Positions 1-8,243 of a stretch of DNA of 32,000 nt are shown here, piece by piece (position 1 is the first letter of the stretch; each line of letters starts with the position of its first letter). The notes under the pieces are model-generated. The model did not search any database and was not told the DNA's origin. It saw nothing but the letters and a program-made list of their open reading frames with translations. A program made the translations under genes and the position numbers. Origin of the DNA: Candidatus Methanoperedens sp. (GTDB lineage: Archaea > Halobacteriota > Methanosarcinia > Methanosarcinales > Methanoperedenaceae). Where the stretch lies: the NCBI GenBank assembly GCA_041494705.1, contig JBGQBI010000003.1, forward strand, positions 210,001-242,000, written 5' to 3'.

Positions 1-400
1 CTCCCATCAATGCAACATTATAATAACTCCCCGTATCAGTATGTAAACCGATAGCCAGACCTTTTGAAACAGAAGTTCCAAAAGTTGTAGTAGCGTTTGA
101 ACCTATCGTTACATACGCATCTGAAGTTACCCCACTAAAAGTTTTAAAATTCACATCAAATTGTAAATAATTATTTGGAGAACTCAGAACCCATAACCGA
201 CTATCTACACCCCCACTTTGAACATAGGCGGCCTGTGTCAAATCCCAGCTGGAATTTGACGGTACACTCCATGCAGATGGATTAATTACAGTACAGCAAT
301 TAACCGTACCATCATTAAAATTCAAAGTTAAAGCGCTTGCAGAGCTTGAAAAAGCTATCAAAACAATGAGCGCAAATAAAAGTAATTTAATTTGTTTCAT
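1..400 (-). CDS. Secreted/cell-surface protein, N-terminal part (gene continues beyond window start)
   Basis: The minus-strand frame is open from the ATG at 398-400 to the window edge. My translation starts MKQIKLLLFALIVLIAFSSSASA/LTLNFNDGT..., which has a signal-peptide-like n-region, hydrophobic core and ASA motif, followed by S/T/N/G-rich sequence. It is absent from the ORF track because there is no stop in the window. Confidence 0.5.
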   Translation of the reverse strand, partial: MKQIKLLLFALIVLIAFSSSASALTLNFNDGTVNCCTVINPSAWSVPSNSSWDLTQAAYVQSGGVDSRLWVLSSPNNYLQFDVNFKTFSGVTSDAYVTIGSNATTTFGTSVSKGLAIGLHTDTGSYYNVALMG

Positions 401-540
401 CAATACATCATCCCCGAAATCCCCATTGCAATAATGATGCAACTTGTCAGTTCAAGAAAAAGATTTCTTACCTTTAAAAATTTCCAAGTTTCCATCAAGG
501 AAGTAAAAAATCTTCACATATAAAAACCCATAATTTTTGT

Positions 541-584
541 GGATAATTTATCCCATCAAATGATGGGAAAAAGCTATTACTTTT
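541..584. repeat. Left copy of the 44-bp direct repeat flanking the recombinase gene; palindromic core TCCCAT-CAAATG-ATGGGA at 551-568
   Basis: A gap-free hand alignment with 1535-1578 at offset 994 gives 35/44 identities. The core has 6-bp inverted arms around a 6-bp spacer. The repeat overlaps the recombinase stop codon (577-579). Confidence 0.7.
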
Positions 585-1515
585 CAACTGAAAAAGGGTT
601 TTTCAAGGCATGAACAGCCCTCTTTTTCTTCCTTGGAACAGCCACATAACGCATCGTACTTGAAATGCTTTCATGCCTCATCAGTTCCTGGATCATTTTG
701 ATATCCACGTCCTGATCAAAAAGATATGTAGCAAATCCGGCACGTAAACGATGAGTGCCCTTATTGAAATATTTTTTAACAACCCTCAGATATCCAAGGT
801 AGCCCAGAGCCTTACCTTTACAAGCCCCCCTATGTGAATACCACAGCCTTTTACCATTTGGATAACGAGAAAAATACCACTCTTTAAGCATTTTTGTAGT
901 TTCAGGATCCATGAAAACATAACCGTCTTTTGCCCCCTTGCCTGAAGGAATGTAAATTTCCCCGGTATCCCAATCTATATCCTCCTGGGGATTACAGGCA
1001 AGAGATTCAGAAGCACGCCAACCGGTAACGTACGCCGTACGGATTATAAAATAATTCCTTAATTCTATTTCATAATCGTTCCCCTTACGAAGCTCTTTGA
1101 ACATCTCGTCAAGGGTTTTCATCACAGTATCACAGGAAATGAAATCTATTTCCTGCTTAGGAACCCGAGGAGATTCAAGCTTCCGGGTTGGATCCAAAGT
1201 CAATGAATCATCTTTGCACAAAAACCCGAAAAATACCTTCAGATATGAAACGTAAATACTCATTGTACTGGGTTTTAAGCCCTTCAGGGCAAGAAAATTA
1301 ACATAATCCTCTATTATCTCACAGGTAACAACTCTCATGTCATGGAAAGCATCCTGATGATTTTTAGAAAGCCATTCAGCGAACATAAGGCAAAACCACT
1401 TTCTTGAACGAATACTCTTTTTTGAGAATACCCTTCTTAGCATTGAAGCCTCATATTTTTGAATAGCCTTTTCAAATGTTAAACGCATATTTTTACTCCG
1501 AAATCCAAACAGCAT
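577..1515 (-). CDS. Tyrosine recombinase / phage-integrase-family protein (XerC/D/XerA-like)
   Basis: 312-aa ORF. It has an N-terminal SAM-like core-binding region. The C-terminal catalytic set is recognisable: R in TGWRASES, K in GKGAKDGY, HxxR in HRLRAGFAT, and H...Y in LMRHESISSTMRY. Confidence 0.85.
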   Translation of the reverse strand: MLFGFRSKNMRLTFEKAIQKYEASMLRRVFSKKSIRSRKWFCLMFAEWLSKNHQDAFHDMRVVTCEIIEDYVNFLALKGLKPSTMSIYVSYLKVFFGFLCKDDSLTLDPTRKLESPRVPKQEIDFISCDTVMKTLDEMFKELRKGNDYEIELRNYFIIRTAYVTGWRASESLACNPQEDIDWDTGEIYIPSGKGAKDGYVFMDPETTKMLKEWYFSRYPNGKRLWYSHRGACKGKALGYLGYLRVVKKYFNKGTHRLRAGFATYLFDQDVDIKMIQELMRHESISSTMRYVAVPRKKKRAVHALKNPFSVEK

Positions 1516-1534
1516 ATAAAGCCCAGTGTTTTCT

Positions 1535-1578
1535 GGATAGATTTTCCCATCATTTAATGGGAAAAAGCAGTTACATTT
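1535..1578. repeat. Right copy of the 44-bp direct repeat; palindromic core TCCCAT-CATTTA-ATGGGA at 1545-1562
   Basis: It aligns with 541-584 (35/44). It lies 20 nt upstream of the recombinase start codon, in its promoter/5' region, and is followed by GTTACAT (1570-1576, 1594-1600) and AATACC (1579-1584, 1588-1593) word pairs. Confidence 0.7.
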
Positions 1579-1610
1579 AATACCAAAAATACCGTTACAT
1601 ACAAAATATT

Positions 1611-1829
1611 ATGAAATTATCAGAAATGCTTAAAAATACTGCCTATGCGGTTATGTTTGGGTTCTTCGGGCTTATAATTGGTATCTGGATTGCCGATCTT
1701 CTATCCAACCTGATATTTAAAAATTTGGAACGGGTCACCACTATTTACATATCTTTAGTAATAATAGTATTGGTAATCGTATCGGCTTCCATACTTGGCT
1801 TTACCAAAGGCAAGAATTTACTTGAATAA
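1611..1829 (+). CDS. Small two-TM membrane protein, unknown function
   Basis: 72-aa ORF with two clear hydrophobic helices (AVMFGFFGLIIGIWIADLL and IYISLVIIVLVIVSASILGF). No recognisable family. Confidence 0.45.
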   Translation: MKLSEMLKNTAYAVMFGFFGLIIGIWIADLLSNLIFKNLERVTTIYISLVIIVLVIVSASILGFTKGKNLLE

Positions 1830-1934
1830 TTTAACCTGAAAAATCAGGGAATTCCTGCATACCTTTGATGAAAAGCCCCCGAAAATTTTGAATAAGCTTT
1901 AATATACACATCGCCATTACGGGATTTGATTTAG

Positions 1935-2588
1935 ATGAACATCATTTTACTCGGTCCCCCTGGCGCGGGAAAAGGCACGCAGGCCAAGAAAATATCAGAG
2001 TATTATTCTCTGCCTCACATTTCTACAGGCGACATATTGCGTGAAAATATTAATAATAACACAAGCCTTGGTTTAAAAGCCAAATCCTATATGTCAAGAG
2101 GCGAGCTTGTCCCGGATGAACTTTTAATAACCATTATAAAAGACAGGTTATCGAAAAATGACTGCTCATCAGGGTTCCTTCTGGACGGCTATCCAAGAAC
2201 CATACCCCAGGCTGATGCGCTCCAGATGATTTTAACAGAATCGGGCAAAAAAGTGGATGTTGTCCTGAATATTTCAGTGGATGATGAGGAACTGATAGAA
2301 CGCCTCTCAGGACGAAGAATGTGCAAATGCGGCACCAGTTATCATATTATTTTCAATCGTCCGGAGAAAGAGGATATATGCAATGCATGCAAAGGGAGAT
2401 TATATCAGCGCGAAGATGACAAACCCGAAGCTATAAGAAACAGGTTAAATGTGTATAAGAAACAAACGCAGCCGCTGATAGATTATTATAATAAGAAAAA
2501 AATATTACGAACAATTGATGGATGCAAGGAAATTTCACAGATATTCGAGGATATAAAAAGTGAATTGGAGGAATATGAAAAACTTTAG
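1935..2588 (+). CDS. adk: Adenylate kinase (long, zinc-lid type)
   Basis: P-loop GPPGAGKGTQ, the motif GDILR, and a Cys4 lid (CKCG...CNAC) in 217 aa. Confidence 0.95.
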   Translation: MNIILLGPPGAGKGTQAKKISEYYSLPHISTGDILRENINNNTSLGLKAKSYMSRGELVPDELLITIIKDRLSKNDCSSGFLLDGYPRTIPQADALQMILTESGKKVDVVLNISVDDEELIERLSGRRMCKCGTSYHIIFNRPEKEDICNACKGRLYQREDDKPEAIRNRLNVYKKQTQPLIDYYNKKKILRTIDGCKEISQIFEDIKSELEEYEKL

Positions 2589-2721
2589 GAAAGTTTTTAT
2601 CAAAAACTGTTGCGTCAGTTTACACCGCCTAAAGCGAGGTGTCGCTAAAACTTTAGGAAAGTTTTATCAAACGACAGGTATGCGAAGCATACCTGAACAC
2701 CGGATAAAGCGAGGTGTAGCT
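2579..2721 (+). repeat. Tandem duplication (about 68-nt period) of the adk-stop / Shine-Dalgarno intergenic segment
   Basis: AAAACTTTAGGAAAGTTTT occurs at 2579-2597 and 2647-2665. ACACCGnnTAAAGCGAGGTGTnGCT occurs at 2622-2646 and 2697-2721. Each unit has a different central hairpin: AACTG-N6-CAGTT in unit 1, and CAGGTATGC-GAA-GCATACCTG at 2675-2695 in unit 2. Confidence 0.75.
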
Positions 2722-2723
2722 TT

Positions 2724-3323
2724 ATGATTAAAAAAACACTGAGTAAGCTCGCGTTGTTCCTTGGTATCTTTTTGATGTTTGGTATTATCGCGTTTCCCGG
2801 AATGAGGGGTGTAATAGGCAACCTGATGAACATAATCCTGAAACCGCTGTTAGGGGGGCTTCCACTGCATATGATAATTTTCGTTCTTGCGGCTATTACA
2901 GGACTTTATGCCTCTCTTATCCAGAAATATACGATGGATTGGGAATTGATGAAGCGTGTCCAGGAACGGATGAAGAACCTGCAGGCAGAATTCAAGCAGG
3001 CGCAGTTATCGAACAATGCATCGAAAGTCAAAAAATTACAGGAGCAGCAGGCCGACATGATGGGCGACCAGATGGATATGATGAAGCAGCAGTTCAAACC
3101 TATGCTGTATATAAGTATCATATCAATCCCGCTGTTTTTCTGGGTTTATCTTGAAATCGGTCTACATCCTAATGCCACGATGGTATTCCCGTTCTGGGGC
3201 CAGCAAAAATTAACCGACACACTTCTCGGACCTTTCCAATACTGGTTATTCTGGTATTTCCTTTGTTCAATACCTATAAGCCAGATGACCAGGAAAGCAT
3301 TGAACATAGGCGGTATGAATTGA
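2724..3323 (+). CDS. DUF106-family membrane protein (archaeal YidC/Oxa1/EMC3-like insertase)
   Basis: 199 aa with TM helices flanking a charged coiled segment (MKRVQERMKNLQAEFKQAQ...). It occupies the conserved position between adk and cmk seen in archaeal gene clusters. Confidence 0.75.
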   Translation: MIKKTLSKLALFLGIFLMFGIIAFPGMRGVIGNLMNIILKPLLGGLPLHMIIFVLAAITGLYASLIQKYTMDWELMKRVQERMKNLQAEFKQAQLSNNASKVKKLQEQQADMMGDQMDMMKQQFKPMLYISIISIPLFFWVYLEIGLHPNATMVFPFWGQQKLTDTLLGPFQYWLFWYFLCSIPISQMTRKALNIGGMN

Positions 3324-3841
3324 TAATAACAATCAGCGGCCCTCCTGGAAGCGGGAAGAGCACCCTTTCCAGAATATTATCCGCAAAGCTTGGGATGGAA
3401 CTTGTCTCCATGGGAGACATTTTCAGGAAATGCGCACAGGACAGATGCATGGGTCTTTCGGAATTCGGTTTGCTTGCAAAATGCAATGGGGATATAGACC
3501 GGGAAATAGATGAAATGCAAAAAAAAATAGCAAGGGAAAGGGACAATATCATCCTTGAGGGGCGCCTTTCAGGTTTTCTTGTGGATGCAAAACTTAAGGT
3601 CTGGCTCAAAGCCCCTCTTGAAATAAGGGCGGAGCGTATCGCGTGCCGGGAATGCAAGCCAGTAGAAAAAGCAATGGCAGAGACTAAAGAGAGGGAGCAG
3701 TGCGAAAGGGAAAGATACCTCAATTATTATGATATAGATATCAATGACCTTTCGGTGTATGATTTAGTTATGGATTCCAGTAAGTGGAGCCCTGAAGAGA
3801 TAAGTGAAATAGCGATAAAAGCGGTTGGTTTTTTGAAATGA
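3320..3841 (+). CDS. cmk: Cytidylate kinase (archaeal type)
   Basis: P-loop ISGPPGSGKST. I place the start at TTG 3320 (giving MIITISGPPGSGKST, overlapping the upstream TGA as TTGA). The track's TTG at 3263 would add 19 residues overlapping the DUF106 gene. The stop is shared either way. Confidence 0.85.
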   Translation: MIITISGPPGSGKSTLSRILSAKLGMELVSMGDIFRKCAQDRCMGLSEFGLLAKCNGDIDREIDEMQKKIARERDNIILEGRLSGFLVDAKLKVWLKAPLEIRAERIACRECKPVEKAMAETKEREQCERERYLNYYDIDINDLSVYDLVMDSSKWSPEEISEIAIKAVGFLK

Positions 3842-4830
3842 TACTCCCTTCCGAGAAAAAAAGAGAGACACTTGTAAAATCCGAAGACAAGACCGACGAG
3901 AAGTACGGCAAAAAACCGGAGGAGCGTCCCCTGGAAGAATATATCAGGAAAGGTGTGATAAACCTTGATAAGCCCGCCGGCCCCACAAGCCATGAAGTGA
4001 CCTCATGGGTCAAGAAAATCCTGAATCTGGATAAAGCAGGGCACAGCGGCACGCTTGACCCGAACGTTACAGGTCTTCTTCCAATTATGCTAAGCGAGGC
4101 GACAAGAGCGGTGGATGCGCTTCTCACAGCAGGGAAAGAATACGTCTGCCTCATGAAGCTCCATACCGCAATGCCTGAAAAGAATATAAAAAGCATTTTT
4201 AGCGAGTTTACAGGTGAAATATACCAGAAGCCTTCTATCAAATCGGCTGTAAAACGTGAAACAAGATTGAGAACGATTTATTATCTTGAACTTCTTGAGA
4301 TTGAGGATAATAATGTCCTTTTTAAGGTCGGATGTGAAGCCGGGACGTATATCCGCAAATTATGCCATGACATGGGAATGACGCTTGGCACGGGCGCGCA
4401 CATGCAGGAACTCAGGCGCACAAAGAGTGGTCCTTTCCGGGAGGATGAGAAGCTGGTGACGCTCCAGGACCTCCGGGATGCGTATGTTGAATGGCAGGAG
4501 AGCGGGAATGAGGAGCAGTTGCGAAAGGTTATCAGTCCTATGGAATTTGGTCTTTCCCATCTTCCTGAAATAGTTATTCGTGATAATGCCGTGGATGCGA
4601 TTTGCCACGGCGCGGGTCTTGCAGCCCCTGGTGTGCTGACGGTTGAAACTGGTATAGAAAGAGGAGACCTTGTTGCTATTTTTACGTTAAAAGGCGAATC
4701 TGTCTCTTTCGGCATAGCACAGATGAAGTCCAATGAAATATTGAGGGCTGCTACGGGTATTGTATCAACAACAGACCGCGTGCTTATGGAAGTTGGCACT
4801 TATCCCAAGGGATGGAAAGCAAAAGGATAA
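3838..4830 (+). CDS. cbf5: tRNA/rRNA pseudouridine synthase Cbf5 (H/ACA RNP catalytic subunit) with C-terminal PUA domain
   Basis: 330 aa. It has the TruB-family motif GHSGTLDP (catalytic Asp) and a PUA-like C-terminus. Its start overlaps the cmk stop as ATGA. Confidence 0.9.
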   Translation: MILPSEKKRETLVKSEDKTDEKYGKKPEERPLEEYIRKGVINLDKPAGPTSHEVTSWVKKILNLDKAGHSGTLDPNVTGLLPIMLSEATRAVDALLTAGKEYVCLMKLHTAMPEKNIKSIFSEFTGEIYQKPSIKSAVKRETRLRTIYYLELLEIEDNNVLFKVGCEAGTYIRKLCHDMGMTLGTGAHMQELRRTKSGPFREDEKLVTLQDLRDAYVEWQESGNEEQLRKVISPMEFGLSHLPEIVIRDNAVDAICHGAGLAAPGVLTVETGIERGDLVAIFTLKGESVSFGIAQMKSNEILRAATGIVSTTDRVLMEVGTYPKGWKAKG

Positions 4831-4859
4831 GAATCATATGGTATATTATGAAGGCGCGT

Positions 4860-4946
4860 GCCGAGGTAGTCTAGCGGCTAAGGCGCAAGCCTGGAAAGCT
4901 TGTGGGGCTCTGCCCCACGGGAGTTCGAATCTCCCCCTCGGCGCCA
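4860..4946 (+). tRNA. tRNA-Ser (anticodon GGA), genomically encoded CCA
   Basis: Hand-folded cloverleaf. Acceptor stem GCCGAGG/CCTCGGC, 3-bp D stem, anticodon stem CAAGC/GCTTG with loop CTGGAAA. Long variable arm GGGGC-TCT-GCCCC, T arm GGGAG-TTCGAAT-CTCCC, discriminator G, then CCA. Confidence 0.9.
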
Positions 4947-5087
4947 TGATTATTCAGAAGATTGCCTGCAAACGTGTTGGCAAGGCATTACTCTGATTTT
5001 AGTCCTGAAGTGCTGAAAGAGATTTATGAGAAGGCTAATCTAAAGGTGCAGGGATAGATAAGCTGTCATAGATGCCAGCCGTAACAG

Positions 5088-5386
5088 GTTACCCAAGTTA
5101 CCCAAGGAAGCGAATTGGTTTGAAGGGCGGTTTGAAGGCTAATGATATGGGTTATGGATGGTTCGATGATGAATTGGTCTGATATATGGTCTGAAGGTTA
5201 CTGATAGATAAAATGGATAAACCGTATGAGTTACCTGCAAGAATTCAAAAAAGGGTTTGTTTTATCTTTCTGCTTAAACAATGCTTAAAAATGAAAATTA
5301 ACCTTGGGATAAACACTGGATAAACGCTATGAGCTTCATGGGTCACTCGGGTCACCTTTGGGTAAAATGGGTAAACCGTGGATAAC
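5088..5386. repeat. Cluster of back-to-back duplicated short words in the non-coding DNA 3' of tRNA-Ser
   Basis: Duplicated words: GTTACCCAA x2 (5088-5105); GGTTTGAAGG x2 (5117-5126, 5129-5138); TGGTCTGA x2 (5175-5182, 5187-5194). TGGATAAACnnTATGAG occurs at 5214-5230 and 5317-5333, and GGGATAAAC at 5306-5314. GGGTCAC x2 (5340-5346, 5349-5355); GGGTAAA x2 (5360-5366, 5369-5375); GTGGATAAC (5378-5386). Confidence 0.7.
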
Positions 5387-5804
5387 TTCCTGTGTTATAG
5401 TTTTCTGTATCTTAGAGGGGTGCTTAGCAGTGTTTTTAAAAAAAAACTATCTAAATTTGTTTTTTTAAAACTGTAACCTAACTTTTCTTTATATGCTATT
5501 ATTATCACAGGTATGAATGTATGAAAAAGAAAATATGTATTTCAATCGATGAAAAGCTGGTTGAAAAAGCAATTCCACCAAGAGTTTTTGCAAGTATTCA
5601 TAGGGGGATCAAATTAATGTTCGTACTCTTCCAAGAAATAGAACAAATTATAATTAAGATTACATTGTTAATATTATTGATAAGGTATTGTCTAATAATT
5701 ATCCTTCAGAGCTAATTCAATCAAGTAGAGATCAAAAATAATCGATTTTTTATCGTATTTATCATTTAGATCATTTGACCAGCGAAGAATCATTCTCGCA
5801 AAAT

Positions 5805-5813
5805 TATTTATAG
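5805..5813 (+). promoter_or_regulatory. Candidate TATA box for the thermosome gene (SD GGAGGT at 5843-5848)
   Basis: TATTTATAG lies about 45-50 nt upstream of the ATG at 5857 in an AT-rich region, with a strong GGAGGT 8 nt before the ATG. Confidence 0.4.
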
Positions 5814-5856
5814 AACCACAAACACTTAGAATCATCTCATTCGGAGGTAATTCATT

Positions 5857-7500
5857 ATGGCAGGACAATTAAGCGGACAGCCTATTATCATACTCGACAA
5901 AGACAAAACAAGAACCCAGGGGAGAGACGCCCTCGGATTCAATATCTCAGCTGCAAAAGCCGTAGCCGATGCGGTCAGGACCACGCTTGGCCCCAAAGGC
6001 ATGGACAAAATGCTTGTAAACCAGGTCGGCGATGTGGTAATTACCAATGATGGCGCAACGATTTTGCGTGAAATGGATATAAAGCACCCGGCAGCCAAAA
6101 TGATGGTGGAAGTCGCCAGGACGCAGGAAGATAAAGCTGGCGACGGGACAACAAGTGCTGTCGTACTTTCAGGAGAACTCTTAAGCAAAGCGCACGCCCT
6201 TGTTGAGCAGGGCGTTCATCCCACAACCATTACGAGAGGTTACAGTCTTGCAGCCGAAAAGGCAATCGAAATCCTGGATGAACTTGCTATTGACGCCTCG
6301 GATGATGTCCTTGAAAATATCGCAAGAACCGCGCTTACAGGAAAAAGCGCAGACCTTGCCCTTGATTCACTTGTCCAGTTATGCGTACAGGTCGCCAAGT
6401 CGATTAAAGACGGCGGCAAGGTGAACGTGAAAGATAATATCAATATTATCCACCAGCGCGGGGGAAGCATAAAGGATACAAAATTCATTCACGGGCTTGT
6501 TATCGATAAGGCAAGAGCGCATAAAAACATGCCCAAAAAAGTCGAGAATGCCAGAATTGCCATCCTTGATACCGGAATCGAGGTTGAAAAAACACAGGTC
6601 AAGTCAACTCTTAAAATTTCATCTCCCGAACTTCTCTCGGAAGCAAGGCTTGAAGAAAGCAAACTTGTTGAAGAAAGAGTAGAAGCGCTTGCAAGAAGCG
6701 GCGCCAATGTCGTATTCACGGAAAAAGGAATCGACGATATAGGAATGCATTATCTTAAAAAGAATGGTATTTTTGCAGTGCGAAGATGCAGCGAAGATGA
6801 AATCAAGAAATTAGTAAAGGCAACCGGGGCACGCATTGTCTCGAAAGTGGACGGCGTTGAAGAGGAAGACCTCGGAAAAGCGGCGCTTGTCGAAGAGCGC
6901 GGCGTTGGCAATTATAAGATGGTCTATATCGAAGGATGCGAAAATCCCAAAGCCGTATCCATCCTGATTTTCAGCGGCGCCGAACATGTAGCTGATGAAA
7001 TCGAGCGGGCGCTTGATGATGCACTGCGCGTGGTTGGCGTGGTAATCGAAGACGGCAAGATTGTAGCTGGCGGCGGCTCGCCTGAAATCGAACTTGCAAC
7101 AAGGCTAAGGAAGTACGCAAACACATATGGCGGAAGGGAACAGCTTGCAATAATGGCTTATGCTGATGCGCTTGAGGAAATACCCAAAGGCATCGCCGAA
7201 AATGCCGGTCTTGATGCAATCGATATTATCGTTGACCTCAGGAACCAGCATAATAAAGGCGCCAAAACAGCCGGGTTAAATGTATTCACGGGCAAAGCGG
7301 AGAACATGCTTGAGCTGGGAGTAGTTGAGCCGCTCCGCGTGAAGACACAGGAAATCAAATCAGCAACAGATGCCGCAATAATGATTCTTCGCATAAACGA
7401 TATCCTGATGGCAAAGGAAACCGGCATGATGGATGTCAAACCCGAACATACAGCGGATTTTTATGATGGCATCCAGGCCCCGAGCGTCGAGGAAGACTAA
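5857..7500 (+). CDS. ths: Thermosome subunit (group II chaperonin)
   Basis: 547 aa with the chaperonin motifs [23 protein letters not shown] and VAGGG. Confidence 0.95.
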   Translation: MAGQLSGQPIIILDKDKTRTQGRDALGFNISAAKAVADAVRTTLGPKGMDKMLVNQVGDVVITNDGATILREMDIKHPAAKMMVEVARTQEDKAGDGTTSAVVLSGELLSKAHALVEQGVHPTTITRGYSLAAEKAIEILDELAIDASDDVLENIARTALTGKSADLALDSLVQLCVQVAKSIKDGGKVNVKDNINIIHQRGGSIKDTKFIHGLVIDKARAHKNMPKKVENARIAILDTGIEVEKTQVKSTLKISSPELLSEARLEESKLVEERVEALARSGANVVFTEKGIDDIGMHYLKKNGIFAVRRCSEDEIKKLVKATGARIVSKVDGVEEEDLGKAALVEERGVGNYKMVYIEGCENPKAVSILIFSGAEHVADEIERALDDALRVVGVVIEDGKIVAGGGSPEIELATRLRKYANTYGGREQLAIMAYADALEEIPKGIAENAGLDAIDIIVDLRNQHNKGAKTAGLNVFTGKAENMLELGVVEPLRVKTQEIKSATDAAIMILRINDILMAKETGMMDVKPEHTADFYDGIQAPSVEED

Positions 7501-7586
7501 GATTAAAATAGAATAAAGCTTAAAATAACACATAATAACTCAATGAGGTTTGGTGTTAGTATGAGTTGCATGATTTGAAAAGCTGA

Positions 7587-7594
7587 TTTTTTTT
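7587..7594 (+). terminator. Oligo-T tract downstream of the thermosome gene
   Basis: A run of 8 T lies 87 nt after the stop. Archaeal terminators are typically oligo-T. The TTTTTTTTATT could instead serve as a TATA element for grpE. Confidence 0.35.
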
Positions 7595-7595
7595 A

Positions 7596-8234
7596 TTGCG
7601 GAGTTGTTTAATTTTGAACAAAAAGAACACGAACAGGGAAGAAAAACAAATCAAAGAAGAAGAAACCGAATCTTCCGCAGGCGAGGTCACAGAAGAAATT
7701 AAAGCTCCGGAACCTGAAGAAAAAAAAGAAAAAAACCTCGGGAAAGAGCTGGATATAATAAATAAACAACTCGAAGAAGAAAAAGACCGGTATCTTCGTC
7801 TCAACGCAGACTTTGATAATTTAAGGAAACGCACCCTTAAAGAAAGGGACGAATTCATGAAATATGCGAACGAGAAGCTCATACTGGAATTGGTAGATGT
7901 ATGGGAATCCCTTGAACGTGGTATTGAAAACGCAAAGAAAGCAAACGATAAAGACAAGTTAATCGAGGGAATGGAGCTGGTATATAAACAATTCAAGAAT
8001 GTACTTGAAAAAAACGGACTGACCCCTATTAAAGCTGTGGGAGAAAAGTTTGACCACTACAAACACGAAGCGATGATGCAAACAATTACGGATAAATGTG
8101 ATGAAGGAACCATCCTTGAAGAATTTGCAAGGGGTTACATGTTGAACGGCAAGGTCATACGTTATTCTAAAGTCAGAGTATCGAAAAAGAAAGAATCAGA
8201 AGAAAATATTGAAGAAGAAGAAACAATAGAATGA
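7596..8234 (+). CDS. grpE: Nucleotide exchange factor GrpE
   Basis: It has an E/K-rich N-terminus and a conserved core (RLNADFDNLRKRT..., FDHYKHEAM). There is no in-frame ATG near the 5' end, so the start is TTG at 7596 or TTG at 7614 (MNKKNTNREE...). 7614 is at least as likely. Confidence 0.85.
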   Translation: MRSCLILNKKNTNREEKQIKEEETESSAGEVTEEIKAPEPEEKKEKNLGKELDIINKQLEEEKDRYLRLNADFDNLRKRTLKERDEFMKYANEKLILELVDVWESLERGIENAKKANDKDKLIEGMELVYKQFKNVLEKNGLTPIKAVGEKFDHYKHEAMMQTITDKCDEGTILEEFARGYMLNGKVIRYSKVRVSKKKESEENIEEEETIE

Positions 8235-8243
8235 GGTGAAATA

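Noticed and set aside
2645-2833. 62-aa minus-strand ORF across the adk-DUF106 intergenic repeat
   Set aside because: It overlaps the start of the DUF106 gene and the tandem repeat, and has no motif or RBS support.
3263-3319. Track start (TTG 3263) for cmk
   Set aside because: It adds 19 residues fully overlapping the DUF106 gene. Homolog-like N-termini begin right before the P-loop, as with MIITISGPPGSGK from TTG 3320. This is not certain; only the stop is firm.
4760-4996. 78-aa plus-strand ORF spanning the cbf5 3' end and the tRNA
   Set aside because: It overlaps a cleanly folding tRNA-Ser and the end of cbf5, and has no independent support.
5521-5715. 64-aa ORF with an RHH-like beginning (MKKKICISIDEKLVEKA...)
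   Set aside because: Only the first ~16 residues look antitoxin-like. The rest is an I/L-rich translation of AT-rich DNA. At most it is a decayed gene fragment, so it is mentioned only as context for the tRNA-flank finding.
5088-5800. Replication origin (ORB-like repeats plus an AT-rich stretch)
   Set aside because: There is no orc1/cdc6 gene nearby. The repeats are short tandem word doublings rather than dispersed inverted ORB elements around a DUE. This cannot be excluded without the genome context, but it is not the favoured reading.
7556-7996. 146-aa minus-strand ORF opposite grpE
   Set aside because: It is an S/F-rich low-complexity mirror of the E/K-rich grpE N-terminal coding region.
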